Assembly (NCBI GenBank): GCA_048938855.1
Contig: JBHLLT010000022.1
Span: 1 to 47,723, forward strand
DNA from: Promethearchaeota archaeon
Lineage (GTDB): Archaea > Asgardarchaeota > Lokiarchaeia > Sigyniarchaeales > SOKP01
DNA length: 47,723 nucleotides
Direction of reading: 5' to 3'
Shown here: piece after piece, positions 47,107-47,723 of the stretch
Layout of the letters: the number at the start of each line of letters is the position of its first letter
Numbering within the stretch: the stretch's first letter is position 1
Notes under the pieces: generated by a model
Told to the model about the DNA's origin: nothing
The model's database searches: none
Seen by the model: only the letters and a program-made list of their open reading frames with translations
Program-made: the position numbers and the translations under genes

Positions 47107-47723
47107 TTGTCAGGTTTAAATCTTGATGTTATAGGAAAGAAATTTCCTGAGGTCACTTTTAAGTATAACTGGAAAGATGTCGTTCTTTATGCGTTAGGTA
47201 TTGGGGCTCAGATTGACGAGTTACTGTTTTTATATGAAGGCGTTTCTGGAGGATTAAGAGTCTTCCCAAGTTATGCGTGTATAGTTGCTGCTGCCGGTCT
47301 TCAACTTCAGAGGCTTGGTAAAATTGCTTTTTCCCATTTTGTTCATGGAGAACAATCAATTAAGGTTTACAAACCTTTTTCTTCATCAGATGAAATTGTT
47401 TGCAAAGCAGAAGTTGAGAATATTTTTGATAAAGGAAAGGCTGCTGTTATCCATATGAAAGTATCTGGACATAAAATTGGGGGCGAACCAATATTTGACA
47501 CTAAATGGGTATTTTTCTACCTTAAAGGTGGAGGTTTTGGTGGAGATCCCGGTCCTAAAACTGAACCATTAAGTCCTCCTGAACGTGTGGAACCAGATTT
47601 TAGGATTTTTTATAAAACAAATGAGAATCAAGCTGCTTTATATAGACTTAATGGAGATTTAAATCCTTTACATATAGATCCTGAATTTGCTAGTAGAAGT
47701 GGAAGGTTTGAAGGACCAATACT
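47107..47723 (+). CDS. R-specific enoyl-CoA hydratase 2 (MaoC/MFE-2 double hot-dog type), 5' part; runs off the window edge
   Basis: Not in the ORF track. Translation from TTG 47107 gives ...DVVLYALGIGA...VHGEQ...DKGKAA...GGFGG...QAALYRLNGDLNPLHIDPEFA (hydratase-2 motif). Confidence 0.9.
   Translation, partial: MSGLNLDVIGKKFPEVTFKYNWKDVVLYALGIGAQIDELLFLYEGVSGGLRVFPSYACIVAAAGLQLQRLGKIAFSHFVHGEQSIKVYKPFSSSDEIVCKAEVENIFDKGKAAVIHMKVSGHKIGGEPIFDTKWVFFYLKGGGFGGDPGPKTEPLSPPERVEPDFRIFYKTNENQAALYRLNGDLNPLHIDPEFASRSGRFEGPI

Noticed and set aside
3670-47359. Short ORFs antisense to or nested in long genes (e.g. 3670..3990, 7556..7792, 13686..13904, 18545..18775, 18921..19229, 27107..27415, 34117..34404, 40834..41184, 47159..47359)
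   Set aside because: They overlap well-supported genes and show no motifs, as expected of shadow ORFs.
1-47723. CRISPR arrays, tRNA/rRNA genes, transposases, integrases
   Set aside because: No regularly spaced repeats, cloverleaf-like GC-rich segments or mobile-element ORFs were seen by eye.

Overview
AT-rich (roughly 30% GC by eye) archaeal DNA, most likely Asgard/Lokiarchaeia. This is inferred from TATA-type promoters, GGTGA/GAGG ribosome-binding sites and the gene repertoire; no marker gene is present. The first ~36 kb is a glutamate/glutamine hub: gdhA, an NfnAB-type transhydrogenase whose large subunit is fused to a wHTH + ferredoxin + FrhB (F420-binding family) module, guaA, an Lrp regulator, glnA, a rearranged two-gene glutamate synthase translationally coupled to a bifurcating-type EtfB/ferredoxin-EtfA pair, Gln-dependent nadE and carAB. 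It also holds two tandem DppB/DppC permease pairs that lack the EAA coupling loop, and a heterodimeric ABC exporter. The last ~11 kb is a TetR-linked acyl-CoA/beta-oxidation cluster containing a cytoplasmic DmsAB-like molybdoenzyme. The best candidates for an undescribed system are (i) an ETF-fed, possibly electron-bifurcating glutamate synthase, (ii) an F420-module-Nfn fusion upstream of GDH, and (iii) a regulatory cassette between them: a shared GGGA-N5/6-TCCC palindrome in three promoters, phased Lrp-type boxes, two paralogous Zn-ribbon microproteins with HbYX-like tails and a GC-rich hairpin. No rRNA, tRNA, CRISPR array or mobile element was recognised. All calls rest on motif reading only; no database search was run.
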